NCBI RefSeq assembly: GCF_036321535.1 | Contig: NC_087437.1 | Location: 99,326,001 to 99,390,000, forward strand | Reading direction: 5' to 3' | DNA from: Camelus dromedarius | Lineage: Eukaryota | DNA: 64,000 nt | Shown: positions 39,306-53,629 of the stretch, piece by piece | How positions within the stretch are numbered: position 1 is the first letter of the stretch | How the letters are laid out: every line of letters starts with the position of its first letter | The notes under the pieces: generated by a model | What the model was told of the DNA's origin: nothing | Seen by the model: only the letters and a program-made list of their open reading frames with translations | The model's database searches: none | Translations under genes and position numbers: made by a program

Positions 39306-40297
39306 GTAAGTAAAACTACTTATTATATCACCCTATTTTTCCATCAATAATTAGTACAATTTTCTGAGTATTGAAATGTAAAACATGAATTACTGTTCTT
39401 TACTCATACTTTAAGTCTTTTTTTTTTAAAGCAGAGCTGTGGAAGAACTTGCTTTTGTTTTTAAATTATCATCCTAGCAGCAAATATATAGCATATAAAC
39501 TTGGGGACTATTTATAACTCTCCTCTAAAATCTAGAATAAAGTCATGTATGGAAATTAATAGATCTGCTATAAGCAAATATACATAGGTAGGATTGTAAT
39601 TAGAAATATATGTATAAAATTCTCTTTCCAGATAATAATGTTTATTTTCTCGTATTATACTTAAAATATATTTATTTATATTAAAATTGTAAAATATAGT
39701 TTATGGGCTTGAGTAGATGGATAATTATCTATACTTTAAAATAACATTGAACTCTATACCTCATACATTTTGACATCTGGGTAAAATGGTCTAAACTTAC
39801 TTTGGAATCATCTTCATTAAGTTTATTTCCTCAAGTTTTGAGATGGGAGAAGTGAAGTCATTATTATTCTTGTTTATAACCACTTGGCAGGAATGGAGGA
39901 CCATCACCCTTGAAACTTGTTGCTTAAGTTTGTGATAGTCATGGTGTTAGCCCGATGGGCTCTTAGTCCTTTAACACTGTGGAATATAAGTGTGATGCCC
40001 AAAATACAGATAGTTATACATCTGGCCTCATCACCCAGGCAGAGTGCTTTAAAATTGCATTTATTATATTTTCTCATTACACATATTATATTTACAAATG
40101 GACAGATATTAAATGAAAATAAATACAGATATGAACAAAACAACCTATTCTTACCACCTAAACATAACAGGTTATCCCTTTATAAACAGGTGCATTTCTT
40201 CAGTATATGAACACGCACATTTTTTCAGAAATTTGAAAAGTAAGAGTGATGGTACATAATTTAGGTTTACCCCGTTTGCCCCCAGATGACTCTGCAA

Positions 40298-40463
40298 CTT
40301 GAGTTTGAATCACTTGCTCTCTGCGTGACTTTGGGAAAATTCTTTACTCTCTCTGGGTCTTCCTTTCCTCATCAGAAAAATGGAGCTAAAAATCTATCCC
40401 AAGTTGATGAAGTTGTCTTGAGGATTAAATAAGTTAATACAGGTAAAGTGCTTAGAACAGTGC
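40298..40463 (+). mobile_element. MIR SINE
   Basis: gtgactttggga...tttcctcatcagaaaaatgg...tgaggattaaataagttaatacaggtaaagtgcttagaacagtgc. Confidence 0.88.
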
Positions 40464-42009
40464 AATATCTAGCCTGTGTTAGATATTGAAGAATTATCCA
40501 TTATATTTTAATTGTTTTTTGCAAAGTCAGATAAATAGTACAAGTTTGTACATTTTTTTGGTATCCTGATCGTATGGAATTAATTTAGCTCTTTATTAAT
40601 TGCAATTATTTTCCAGTTGATTCTTTTGTGGTTTCAGGCAGAAAATCATATTATCTGTGGATTCTAAGAATTTAGACAATTTTATCTTTTTTAATATCAC
40701 ACACACTTTTAAATTTTTAATTCACCACTTACTGTCTTGACTGTAACTCTCAGTTCTATGTTAAATAACAGTGAGCAACTCTCTTTTCCCTAGTTTTATT
40801 GGGAGTGATTCTCATGATGGTTATTTAAGTATGATGTTAAAAAGTTTTAGTATTCTTCATGTTAAGAAGCTATCTTATTCTTAGTGAACTAAATTAGAAT
40901 ATCAGAAATTTGTGTTGATGCTCTATAAATCTTGAGATATACAAATATCATTTAAATTTGTTGAGGTGTTGATTTGGGGTTCCTCTAATGACCAGGTCAC
41001 TTGCTAATTTTATGTTATCCCCACAGAGCTGGAAGCTTATTCTTTTATTACATACTTTAGTTTAATTTTTTTATTTACAAGAGAATTTGAAAGAATACTC
41101 CAAAGTGAGAATGGTCAACAGTACTTTTTATTGCTTGCCATCTTTTTGGTACTGTTAAGGAAGTTACATTCACATTTAAATCTTTATAATATTCTCTGTG
41201 GGTTTATTTTCTCTTTACTAATTTATTAATTCTGCTGAGTACCTAGTCTATTTCTCATTCAATTTTTTAAATTCTGAGATTTATTTCTATCAAAATGTAT
41301 CTAAGTGTATCTTGGGTTGTTTATAATAAGGCTTTAATATAATCAAATTTTAAATGTTTTGAGAATGTTTTAAAGCAACATGTAATCCATATCATATACT
41401 AAATCACATATAGTTCCATCGATTTAACTTAAGTAATCATATTGTTCAAGTTTCATGTCCTTATATTTAGTGATGGGGCTAGCGTTGGCAAATTCTTACA
41501 AAGCCCAAGTGACTCATTTGAATTTATACTCTAGGCATTAAGGTGCCAAATATAAGCTTGTGGGTGATACTTATTTAGGAATAGGTATCTGGTTAGTTAT
41601 ACTTATTAATAAGATGAGTCTTTCAGGAACGGGGAAGATCAACTACAGTGGGGATGACACTAGGGTCAGAGATAAGAATTAAGAATCTATTTAAATCCAG
41701 CATTAGATCTTTTAGGAACCTGACCTTTAGAAATACCCTGTTGTCTCAGAAGGAGGTGTTTAGTGTTCTTATTGTTTCCCAGAGCTGTTCCCTCATCATC
41801 TACTTTTCCTTCATTCTGGATGTTTACTCCCTCAGATTTTCTTCTCAGTACTTTTTGACCTTCTATGACACTAACCTCTTAAATATATAGTATAATGACT
41901 TTCTCATTTGGTGAGTTCTCTTGTCCCCCTTCCCCTTTTCTTTTTAACAATATGACTATAGCTTGTGAAAGTCAAGATAAATTCCTGCCAGAATTTGATA
42001 TTCAGCATT

Positions 42010-42810
42010 TATCTAGCCATTCATCAAACATTTATTGAAAATCAACTATATGTTAGGCACTATGATAAGGTGTACATAATGCTGTCTCTCTAGCACAGCT
42101 AGAATTTTTAACCTCTGTGCTGAAGAGATGTTTGTCTTCTGCTTGAACTCCCCAAGGTTCACTTTCTCCAACTGGCATTAGTGTATCTTTAGTTTGATAA
42201 CCTGAAGATACCCAAAACTTTAGTGAGCTCTATTTTTATCTCTAAACTGCACCTCCTACCATTTCCTGTCCTGGTTGATGGTTGATAGTAACCTACTAGG
42301 CTCTTAATACATAATCTTCATTGAATTTTTATTTTATGCTAAATTCTTTACTCTGTCCTATCCTTAACCAACATTCATCAAAATCCTACTGATCACATCT
42401 TACATTTGTCCCATACTTCTCTTATCTTTGTATTTATTACCTTTGTTTTAAAACCACAAAATCTACTCCTTGATTTTTTACAAGCTCCTAACTATTTCTG
42501 TATTTCTCTTCTCTTGTCCATCAACCACACTGCCATTGGGGTTCTTCCTAAAACTTATATGAGATCATGATAGTCATCCATACAAAAATCTTGATGACTT
42601 TGTATTGCTCAGAGGAAAAAGCCCAAACTCCTCAGCTTGCCCTTTGCTTTTCTTCACAATTTGGTACCAGGTTCATTCCTTCCCGATTTATTTGCCATTT
42701 CCTCTTCTCACTCCCATGAATTCAGTCACATTTGATTACTGTGTATTATGGCTTCTTCATATGTAGACCATTTCCTGGAACATGGTGGATATTCAAATGG
42801 TGTTTGTTGA
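42010..42810. mobile_element. L2 fragments in both orientations
   Basis: cattcatcaaacatttattgaaaatcaactatatgttaggcact (antisense 3' end), and ccacactgcc...aagcccaaactcctcagcttg (sense). Confidence 0.65.
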
Positions 42811-44964
42811 TCATTATTTTGAGAAGACTCATGTTTGTAATAAGCAGGTGCTTGTGATCTCCTGGGTGGGTCGGACTGAAGAGATGTTTAATTTGGTAAC
42901 TTATAGAAGCCTTTGACATTTCCTATTAGGGGAATACTGTAGAAATAGGAATTACATATGTGACTTAGAAATGACCTAGTGTAAGTGTGCTTTCTGAATG
43001 CTAAATTGAGGCTTGAAGTGTCAGAGATTTATTCAGTATTTTAATTATAACTGTTTAAAACTCTGAAATTGACTACTTCCAAATCTGTGGAGGCTAAAGT
43101 AAACAATTGTTCGCATTCTGAGTAAGAGTTCAAGAGACTATAACTATTATATAATACAACTACATTATTCTGATTTGATTCAAAATGGTTGTATACCTAA
43201 ATCACCAGATAATTCACCTCCAAGGCTATGTTATGATGTTTTCCTCATGTCCATGTTGAAATATTTATGATTATGTAATTTTCAGTGTTTTCTTTCTTGA
43301 AGCATGTAATTGGATATTTGATCCTTAAACTCAAAGAGTAGGGATGAACTGGCTAGAAATAGGAGAGCCATGAGGATGTCATGGACAGTTTGAGATGGAG
43401 AGATTGACATCAGGTTGAATGAATTTAGCAGCTACTTCACACAACGTGTCTCAAATAGTTTTTGTTCTGCTTGTCTTCTTCATATAAGAGCAGCCAAGCC
43501 AGATTTTTCTTATATTTTTGTTTAGTTAAAATTCTTGACTCAAACGTTAAATCTCTGTAATTATGGTTTTAAAATTCTAATTGCTCGGTCTTAGTTACTT
43601 CTTTCCAAGTGTCGAGGTATGTTAACTCTTACTAGTGTGATATGTAGTATATTCCACACACAATGTCAATAACACAGTATTTGAACACTTGCTGGATTGT
43701 TTTGACTATTTTAATAGTTAAGGAAACTAGATTGAATGTACTGTAGTTGCACTGATTTATCAACCATTGATGAAGAAAACATTATTTTCAATTGACTTAG
43801 TAACTATCAAGATATTCTTTGCCTGCATCTTGGGAAATAAAGAAATTATTCAACTTTCTACAAGGGGAGCAAATGAATTTTTCTTTGTAGCTTTGTTTAT
43901 ATTTTATGCATTTCTCTTGACTTCATAGTTTCATAAAAGTTATAAGTCCTAGGAATTTATATTTAATTTTAATATTTAAACTGTGAAAAAATAATTTAGG
44001 TTCACACTGACAGTCTGCAAATACTTTTTTCTTCTAAAAGGGGCTCTTCTCTTCAAGGTTGAGAAATATGACAGTTAGTAGCTTAAAATAGTTCTAGTTT
44101 TCCAAATTTTGAGTGGGTTCCTTTTGTAAAAGGATGGGCTTCTGTATGTGAAACTATAAAATCATAGTTTTAAATATCTGATAGTTTTCTTGAGAGCATC
44201 TGACCTAATGTCTATATTATATAAATAAAGTATCAGAAAGGTTGAGTGAATTCTCAAGTTCATGCAGCTAGTCAGTGATAGATGGACCATAACTACAGTG
44301 ATAAATATATACAGATAAGCATGACAAAGTCTTCCATAATAACTTCAAATTAAGAGATGGGAACTGGGTCAAATCAGACTATGTACAGAAAAGTTGAAAT
44401 AAATATCTCAATATTAAAAATAAAATGAAATTTTGCTTGATGTCAGCTTTCTCAAATTTTAAAATCTTTAATTTCTGTAATAGCCTCTTATAGTAAGTAC
44501 TTTTTTGTAGATAGGTAGTTATAATTAACAGCTAATGTTAACATTGATATATTTTCATTGCAATGTATTTTGAATATTAAATATTGTTTTGAAATACTGT
44601 TATTTTATGTGATTCAAAAGAGAGTAAGCTAATTTATTGAGTTTTTTGGAAAAACATTTTAAAGTTTTATTTTAGAGTAAAAATTATTTCAGATGATAAA
44701 TATGATGACTTTGTCATAAGATGTAAAATTTAAGTGATTCTAACTATAATAGATTCATCAGATATAGTTAGTTGATTATGGTTAACACTAATGTGAAGAT
44801 ATTTTTCTCATTTCTACTCTTTTTTTCTCAAAACATCATGCTTGTTTGTGTGTTCAGACTTATTTTAGTTTTCCTTGTGTTGAGTTATCTATTTGCTAGT
44901 CTGCTACAACTGATATTATGCTTCTAGAGAGGAATCATCCTTATTTATCTCTTTCTCTGGCTAG

Positions 44965-45292
44965 CACCATGTTGTTCAACTTTAGCTGCCCTTTAAAAAC
45001 ACATGAGAAGATTTTAAAAATACTCAGGAATAGACGTTGAGAGTTGATTGTGGTGATATTTTATATGCATCTATCTAATCAAATTGTATACTTTAAGTAT
45101 GTATAGTGTTAAGAAAAGTAAAATATAATCTTGCTCTATGACCCAATAATCCCCCTATTGGTTGGGGGAGGGAGAATACTCAGGTCTCACTTGCAGAGAT
45201 CCTGATTTGATTGGGTAGGTGGGGCTCAGGTACTTGTTAAGTATCTCCAGATGATTCTAATGTGACTCCAGCATTGAGAACCTATGCTCTAG
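44965..45292. mobile_element. MER5A-like hAT MITE split by a 146-bp L1-derived insert (45029-45174)
   Basis: The right part cagagatcctgatttgattggg...ctccagatgattctaatgtg...cattgagaacc is MER5-like. The direct repeat aatactcagg occurs at 45019-45028 and 45175-45184. Confidence 0.7.
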
Positions 45293-45465
45293 CACTCATC
45301 AGCTACTTTGTGTATGGTAGATTCTAGAAAATGGCTGTTATCATTGGTGAAATGAATACCTTTTTTCTTTGTATTCATTTATTTATTTACAAGTAATGAA
45401 GCTTCATACATTGAAAAGACTAAAGGTGTATAAATAATGCCAGAGGAACTCCAATAAAGGAAGTA

Positions 45466-45682
45466 CAGTTTTGCCTTAGTATCACAGAGAATTGGTTCCA
45501 GGATCCACCATGGATACCAAAATCTGAGGATGCTCAAGTCCTTTAGTGTATCCTCCCTGTCCATGGTTCTGTATCCACAGAGTCAACCAACCTCATGATG
45601 GCGTAGTACTGTAGTATTTATTGAAAAAACAGGTATAAGTGGACCCACGTAGTTCAAACCCATGTTGTTCAAGAGTCAACTG
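45466..45682 (+). mobile_element. Tigger-derived MITE (MER8/MER2-like, Tc1/mariner)
   Basis: TA|cagtt...ttggttccagga...taccaaaatctgaggatgctcaagtcc...gtggacccacgtagttcaaacccatgttgttcaagagtcaactg|CA, with CAGTT/AACTG termini. Confidence 0.88.
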
Positions 45683-46349
45683 CATTCTCTAAATAGTCTT
45701 ATGCAGAATGTAGATATGCCACTCCCTTTAGGCATACAGCTTAGCTAAGACACATCATAAACCCACATCTTTGCAGTAAGCTATCATCTATTTTGAACGA
45801 AGACTGACAAAAATTGACAAAGATTGATCAATTTAAAGTGTGAAATTTAAGGTACAGTTTTCATTTTATTAATGGTTGAAAGACCTATTTGTTGGGACGT
45901 TTCAGTTGTATATGGTACATCACAGTTCACAAAACACTTCCATATGTATGGTATATGATCATGGACTAATTTCTCTTAGTCTTTTGGACATAGATTTTAA
46001 TGCTGACATCCTCAGATTTTTTTTTTTTATTATGTCACATTCACTCCGTTAAACATCACTTTGTGCATGAAATTTCATACGATTTTACTGTAGTTTTGCT
46101 TCAAGACAGAAGTTAAGTTTTGGGAGTTTCACTACCTTTGTCTGTATGACAGTATTTTTGCAATTAATTTACCATTAAATTTCACTTTCCTGTTATAAAA
46201 ATGAGTGGATAACAGAAAAAACCAAAGTGCTTTAGTGGTTAGAATTGTAGGAATTAAAAATAGAGTGTAATCAAGATGAATATGCCATCACAGTTTGTGT
46301 CAAAAGGCAAAGAGCAGGCAAGAGGGATTTTATATTTACTTTTAGTCCT

Positions 46350-46441
46350 TTGGGTATTATAACTTTGATTATTATAATGGTTATATATAACCATTATAAT
46401 AATATTATAACCATTATAATAATCAAAGTTATAATACCCAA
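46350..46441. repeat. Perfect 36-bp inverted repeat (AT-rich palindrome) with a 20-bp internal duplication
   Basis: 46350-46385 ttgggtattataactttgattattataatggttata is the exact reverse complement of 46406-46441. Confidence 0.97.
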
Positions 46442-47082
46442 GTTATAATGGTCTCAGGTAGAGACACTGAGCGTCAGAACACCTGGACAGCCCATTATAC
46501 ACCCATAGTTAGTGAGAAAAGGACTGGGGTTTATTTTCTCTTTACAGAATAATTGATTCTCCAAATAGCTCACTGATATTAAACCAGTACTGTGTTCTGC
46601 TGCTTTATCATACTCTATGATCCTTTGGCATAACTACTACCTATTTTGTAGTCAAAGAGCCAATTTATGATAAGCATATACATTTTAGGTCTAAAAGTGT
46701 AGATGTGTAGCTATTACTATCTCTTTGTTTTCCGTATTTTCCTTTAGATAATTTTCCTTTAGATAATTTTTAGCATATCTCTGGCCATCTTTAGATTTTC
46801 ATTAGAAATTATATTCTATTAAGTAAGAAAAGAAAGAAAATTATTGTCACCAGCGTGTCATTGTAATATCACTGGCAATAATGCTATTGTTTCTTAGTAA
46901 AATTTAATTTTGGTTGAAATCCCAGTGTTTCAACTAACAATTTTAAAAAACCAAGAACAACCTGCTAATGGACAGTTTCTTAAGAAACAGGAAGAAAGTT
47001 TGTTTGGTTTTTTTTTGTCCAACATCTGAAGCTCAGCTGATAGTTATTTAATGTAATTGTACTACACTGGAGTATTTATACC

Positions 47083-47167
47083 TATCATCTATCTATCTGT
47101 CTGTCTATCTGTCTGTCTATCTATCTATCTATCTGTCTATCTGTATATCTATCTATTTATCTATCTG
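47083..47167. repeat. Compound (TCTA)n/(TCTG)n tetranucleotide STR
   Basis: Directly visible. Confidence 0.95.
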
Positions 47168-50100
47168 TTTATTTTAATAGGAATGAGTCAGAAGACCTAA
47201 TGAATGAAACATGATTTGTAATTATATATTTTTTCTGATAAAAGGCAATGAACATAGGCTTAAAATTCTTGAGATTACATTTAAAAGCCTTACAGAAACA
47301 AATATTGTGGGAAAGGTTCATAATGTATCAGGTTTTTCAAATTCATTTTCCGTAACTTTACAAAGAAGCCGTCAAATTAAGGATAAGTCAGGTTTTCCCT
47401 AAGATCACCACTCTAATTTCCTTGAAGACACTGTGGTTCAAAACTACAAACTGAACTGCCAAACTTTTTCTTTCAAATGTTTAACATTTTGAGAAACATG
47501 TGAATTCCATTCTATTTTCTTTATTAAATATCTCCATTTATACAGCTTTATTATGATATTTTATTGTTTGAGATTCAGTGGGAAAAGAGTTTTTTATTAA
47601 TGCAAAATAGTAATGAGACAACATTCATCATCTGATGTACGAAAACAGCCTATTGATACATCATTCTGCTGCTAATATAGTAGGGTATTAGGGGATATCC
47701 TCCCCGACCCTTTAGGAATAAACAGCCATGATTTCTGAAGCATAAAGCCCCAGCCATTTAGTGCTCAGAAATCTGACTGCAGTCTAACAAAACAGTGAAA
47801 CTAAACCATGATGAATGGTTTAGCTCCATTTCCTCTTCCTTCTCCATGAGCCTGTGTTTTTCATATCTATATTCCTTTCTTGGACTTATCTCTGAAGTCT
47901 GTGGGAGATAACTTCCTCCCATTGCTAGCCAGCAGGGGGGCCTGTGTTTCCTTGTTTTGGAGCTGCAGGGTATTTGTTCTACCCTGTTTACAGCCAGCGG
48001 GGGCCCTCCTTCTTCCTTACAGCTTGCCTTTTCATCAGCACAGAGGGAGATTCAAAATCAGAAATGATCTTAATTAAATGTTTTCTGTATAGAAACACCC
48101 ATTCCACATCCGTGGTCTTTCGAACTCTTTTGGAGGTGTCCCTCCCCACCTTCTGCCTTAGTGAGACTGCAGACAATAGACCTTATCACAAAAGACAAGG
48201 ATAAATATTTATCAGGGCACCAAAGATGTTTAGAGGACCTACATTTATTTACATTCATTATTGTGAACATGTTTAATCATGTGAGGTGCCATCAAAACTG
48301 ACTGAAGTGTTTTTCTCTCTCACACTTTCAGATAAAATTGTCTCCCCCAAGAAAATTATAAAAATGAATTTAAACATGCAGAATAATTATTTAGAGGCGA
48401 TTTATTTTATGATTCAGGTTTCCAAGAATATCTTCTGCTACAATAAATTATTGTACTACCTGTCTTTTAGAGGAATTTATAGGTTTATTAGCTTTATAAT
48501 GTTAAACTTTTACAGATATGAAGCATTTTATACTCCTTAGTGGTCTACAAATTATATGAAGAATAAATGAAAATATAACCAGATTTTAAATGGCTTAATT
48601 AATAGTGAATTTTTTATCTTAAAGGCAAAATCTTTACAAAATTTATAATAAATTGTTTTTTAAATTTTTTTGTTTTGTTTTTTAAATTATGTATTAAAAG
48701 AATCTAATTCAAATGTAAATTCTGCAATGCCTTTTTTTGAAATATGAATGGAGAAAAATTTATATTTGGTTAGTTGTAAAAAATTTCTTCTATCATATAA
48801 AGAACATAATCACAATTAGGGAGCTAGGACTTAATTAGTAGATTATTCACAAGTTTTAATTAGATTTAAAAAAATTATTTGAGGTGTCTGAAATGATTGT
48901 TTAAGTAGATACCAAAAGTAGAATTTAGCAAGTAATCTTACTCTCTAAAAAGCACATTTTCAACAGTTAAGAGGAAGTAAATTTCGAGATGAAAAATTTT
49001 AAATTATTATGTGTTTTGAGAAGAATTTTATTACCTTAGTGAAATGGAAAACTCTACCACCGTAAGAGAAGTGTTCTATTTAGATGAAGTACAATTTTTA
49101 TTTAGACATAGATTATCATTTTTAATTATAAATACTCCTGACAGTTTTCACATTTTCACTTCCATGGATTATTTATTGATTCAATAACTACAAATAAGCA
49201 GTAAAACACTATTTTGAAGTAGAATTTTACAACAAATAAGTTATATTTAACGGTGAAGTCAGCTGTTGAAGAATTGTGAATATGTCTGAATGATTCTTCT
49301 CATAGTTTTTGAACTTTTTTAAGGTTAAGTACTTGTTGCTTTTTATAAAATAAAAACTGTTAGAATAATAATTTGCTTAATCACTTGGGTGGAACAACTT
49401 TGCAAAATTTCAGATTCTTTTAGTGATGATCTAATTCTCAAATTAATGTTTTAGTGTTTACACAGTGACTATGATGAAAACTTCATGTACAGATACATGG
49501 TCCTGTGGATTGGGGGTTGTTTTTTGTTCAAAAGGCATTGTTATATATGAATTAGACATGCTTATTTTATATTCTAATTCAATGCCTATGAAGCTTACCT
49601 TTGTTTAATTCTCTGCTCTCTGAGGTTTTCTCAGGGGGCAAAGAAACAGAAAGTCACTTCTTTAAAAGAGACGTTTTCTTACAAGAATAAAACATCTTGT
49701 GAAATGTTAGAGAGTTACTGGTATTTTAATGCTCTTCATTTTTTATTTTTTCTAAATTCAAAGAAATTTTAATTAAAGAACACTGTAATTATTTTCTTCC
49801 TAACTCAAAAGCAGTTGGTTTTGGAGTAACATTAAATATACTTGAATCTACACTTTGTACTACTACAAAAGGAAAGAAATGGTTATAATTAGTGCATTTG
49901 GTGATTTTTTAAAAAATATAACTTCTTGCTTAAAATAACTTAATCCAACAATAAGAAGCTGGTTATTCTGTGTGCATTTATCAGATAGGCCTTATATAAT
50001 TTCTTGTATCTCTTAAGGAAGTCCATATATAATAGATACAGCATCCAAGAACACAAACCTACCTAATGAAAAACATGCTTTTGTTGAGATGGTTTCACTC

Positions 50101-52824
50101 CAGTAACCTTGGAAATGTTGGCAAGTAATTTGAGTTTCAGTGATAAGATTCTGCTGCTGTCAGGTTCTGGCCGTATGATAGGTTGAGTTTTTACCAGAAC
50201 AACTTACTGTTTATAGAAAGCTTAGGCCTTAGGGGATGTGTCCCCTCCCCCAAGTTTAGATTCTGGGTGTTCATTAATAAAAAAGCTAATTTCTGTTTTG
50301 GAAGATGAATAATATATTTTAAAAATAATTTTACACTTTTTTTTAAAGAAAGATGATTTCAAGCTTTTAAATTGTGTCTTTTTAAAATATCTATTTGCTA
50401 TTGCTGAATTACTTAAATTTGCTTTTTCTTTTTCCTGCTGGAAATTTAAATTTTCTTAACAGATCTTTTCTGGTCCAAGTAATAGTTAAGTACTGGTCAT
50501 TAAAATGTGATGTTTCAAAAACAAAACTTTTGAAAACTTTCAACTTTTAATTTTTGCAATTATTTGTAAAAATTTGCATCTATGAACTTATTTCTTGTTA
50601 CTTATAATTTTTTGGAAATAATTGATGGCTAAAATATATGCTTAGTCAAATAAAAAACTTAGCTAAATAGCAAAATGAGAATAGCCACAAATAGACTGGT
50701 CTAGCAGGGTTCCGTTGCCCAGTTTAGAATGTGAACTGCCCTTTAGTAGGGACATGAACTGTACACATGTCACTTAACCCTTTATGTTAATGTCATAATT
50801 TATAAAGCTTGATATTTTGAGTTTAAGCAAATGAAATGTGAAAGTCCTCAGCTTATTAGTTCTGTCATGTTAGTGTAGGTTTAAATGCTGTGACAATTCA
50901 TGGCTAGATTAGGATAAAATTATTTCCCACCATATTCTGAGTATTTCAGATGAAGAAAGGATCTTAGCAAAATTCAACTTACAGTTATCTTAAAAGGTTA
51001 AGCTTTATTGTTCTTTTCAAGGATAAAATAATTTCACTGTCAACTTAAAAACAATACTTTTACTTTAAAAGATAGAATTCAATTTGAATTAATAATAAAA
51101 ACATAGATTTTTAAATATTGTCATTCCTTTCCCAAAGATGTACCATCTTGTGCCACATATGAAAGCAAGGACACAATTAATAGTATATGTAATATATTAA
51201 GATACAATTTCAAGGATAAGTCAAGAATAATTGAATAAATATCATGAAACTTCTCTCTTATGGATGCTTAAGCTAATTAGTGATGACTTAGGTATAATTT
51301 AGTGAACACCATTGTCTAGATATATATTGTCGTATTTAGAAATGCATTTGTGGTAAAGTAATGTGTTTTATATGGCATGATTTTCTGAGGGATTTGTTCT
51401 ATGGAAAGCTTTCAAGAAAACACTGCCTTTTACAGCAAGAGAAGTTTTTTACATCTATGTTATGAGGATGTAAAATATATTACAAAGAATCCAAGCATGC
51501 AAATATATGACCAAGAAAATATTTGTTATGAGGTGACTTTAAAATTTTTCTAATTCACACCAGAGATTCTGTGTCTACTGCTATTACCTTTTGTCACTTG
51601 TGAACATCTTGAGTAGTTTTTTCACTGGCATTAAAATAGTAAAATTAATCATTAATTTTGTATAAAGAAATTTAATGTATTTAATCTATCTTTATACTTC
51701 CATTTTGTATGTTTTCCCAGACAAACTGTCCTTCCAATCACTTTTAGAGTTTGTTCCTCTTCCAATTTCCTCTTATGTTATCTTTTAGTAAAAAACTTCA
51801 GTATAAATATTAATATCATCAATTCAGCACACAGAGTGCCTATTCATCTTTGTTTTTTCTATCAGTTGCTTTATTTAGATGAAAATCATATAATCAAAAA
51901 TGACTATATATTGTTCATGTAACAATGTCCCTCCTTTGAAAGATTTAGTATAAAGCAATGTACAAGTTCAAGAGTAGAATAGGTTTATATCTCATCTTAC
52001 TATTAATTCTCAATAATGTGTGACTCTGCTAACTGATGTATTGAATAAAGATATTTCTTAGAGAGTTTGGTTACTTGGCCAAGCTGCTAGTTAGGTAGAA
52101 ACTAGTTCTAAATCCATAAATTCTTGTGGGGGGAAAAAAAAGAATACTGTTCTAGTAATCTGATAATTTTAAAAAATTGTCACCCATTTTGATACAACTA
52201 AGACTAACCATTTTTCCATGATTTTTAAATAGTTTAATGGTTTTATGTTTGCTAGAATCTATTCTATGTGTTTTACATGCAATCGTCAAAAATTTTTTCA
52301 ATTCTTTTTTATCAATATTATAGTTTTTTCAATGTTTATGTGCACAATTTATAGCAACAATTGAAATGAAGCTTCTTTGCTTTGCTCTATTTAAGATGCT
52401 TCATCTCAAGCAAGCTCTACATTACTAGTGATATTAAAATTTATAAAACGGAAAAATTCTCTTTCATTTTCCAGATAGGTCATTTTACAACTTTATTGGC
52501 ATCCTTGCCTTCACACAACTCAGACAAATTATGTTAGATATAATTGTCTGTTTAAAAAAAACATAGCTTATGGATTTCAAGAGGAATATCATGAAGGACC
52601 TTGTCTCATTATGCCACAGTATATCATGGCTAAAAATATCTCATATAAGATAATGCATTAGACCCTGCTTTCTAGGGACATTATCATTAAAGTTAAATAT
52701 GGAAGAAATTGATTCTGAGTGTTTGATGTGATTTCCAAGGTTTATGCCAAGCATTTTAAGCCATTGCTAGAAGTCAACTCCAAACTGTAAATCAAGAGAT
52801 TTAGTACTCTGCTGTGTCCACTAT

Positions 52825-53005
52825 GATAGAGGTTCTCAAATGAAAGTGGTAAGCACAAGAATCATGCAGAACAAATTATTTTAGAAACAGAATCTTCAGC
52901 CTACCCCCAGAAATTGAGATTTTTAAATAAATCTTCAGCATGTCTTTTGAATTTACATTTCTTAGCAACAACCCCCAGTGATTTTGATATAGATCATGTT
53001 TTAAA
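52825..53005. mobile_element. MER5-like hAT fragment
   Basis: agaggttctcaaa...cctacccccagaaattgag...aacccccagtgattttgat. Confidence 0.5.
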
Positions 53006-53629
53006 AAAATTGGTCAGAGCATACATTTTTAGGTATGTCTTTTTTATTACTACAATTCCGTGATCTTTATCCAGGAAAAAGTAATAAACCACTTACAGGA
53101 ATCTAAACTGTCACAAAATCACCTATTTTTTTGTTAAGGAATAGCATCTTTAAAAAACAGATTTAATGGCTGTCATGTTCTTGACCCTTAGCACCAATCT
53201 TTCTCTCAGCACTTTTTTTTTTTTGTCTTTTTTCTGTTACTATTTTAGAATGCACCATTGTACTTTTCTGAGGTGATTCAAATTTTAATCATACTTTTCT
53301 GCTAGGACCATAAACAACGGAAGTATTGCAGAAATTTAGATACTTCTAGAATCCAGACTGTATCGTGCAGACTCCTACTTACATAAAAACATAAAAAAAA
53401 ATTTTCAGACAAATTGTCCCACTTTGTGATTCAGAAATTATAACTGCTATCACTAGAAGTAAACTGCTGTAGAAGCATAATGTTTTACAGCTTAAAGATG
53501 CCTCAGAGAGTGTTGATCAACCCCTGTCCCATACGTATATTCTCTCTTCAGCAAAGTGCTAGCACATGTGATGTTCTAAAATACCACTAGAATCAATACT
53601 GAGTCATGTTTTAAAAGTCTGTTGGTTAG

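Noticed and set aside
46350..46441. Palindrome as a miRNA precursor
   Set aside because: Perfect pairing and very high AT content fit a recent fold-back better, and I recognised no known mature miRNA here or elsewhere in the window.
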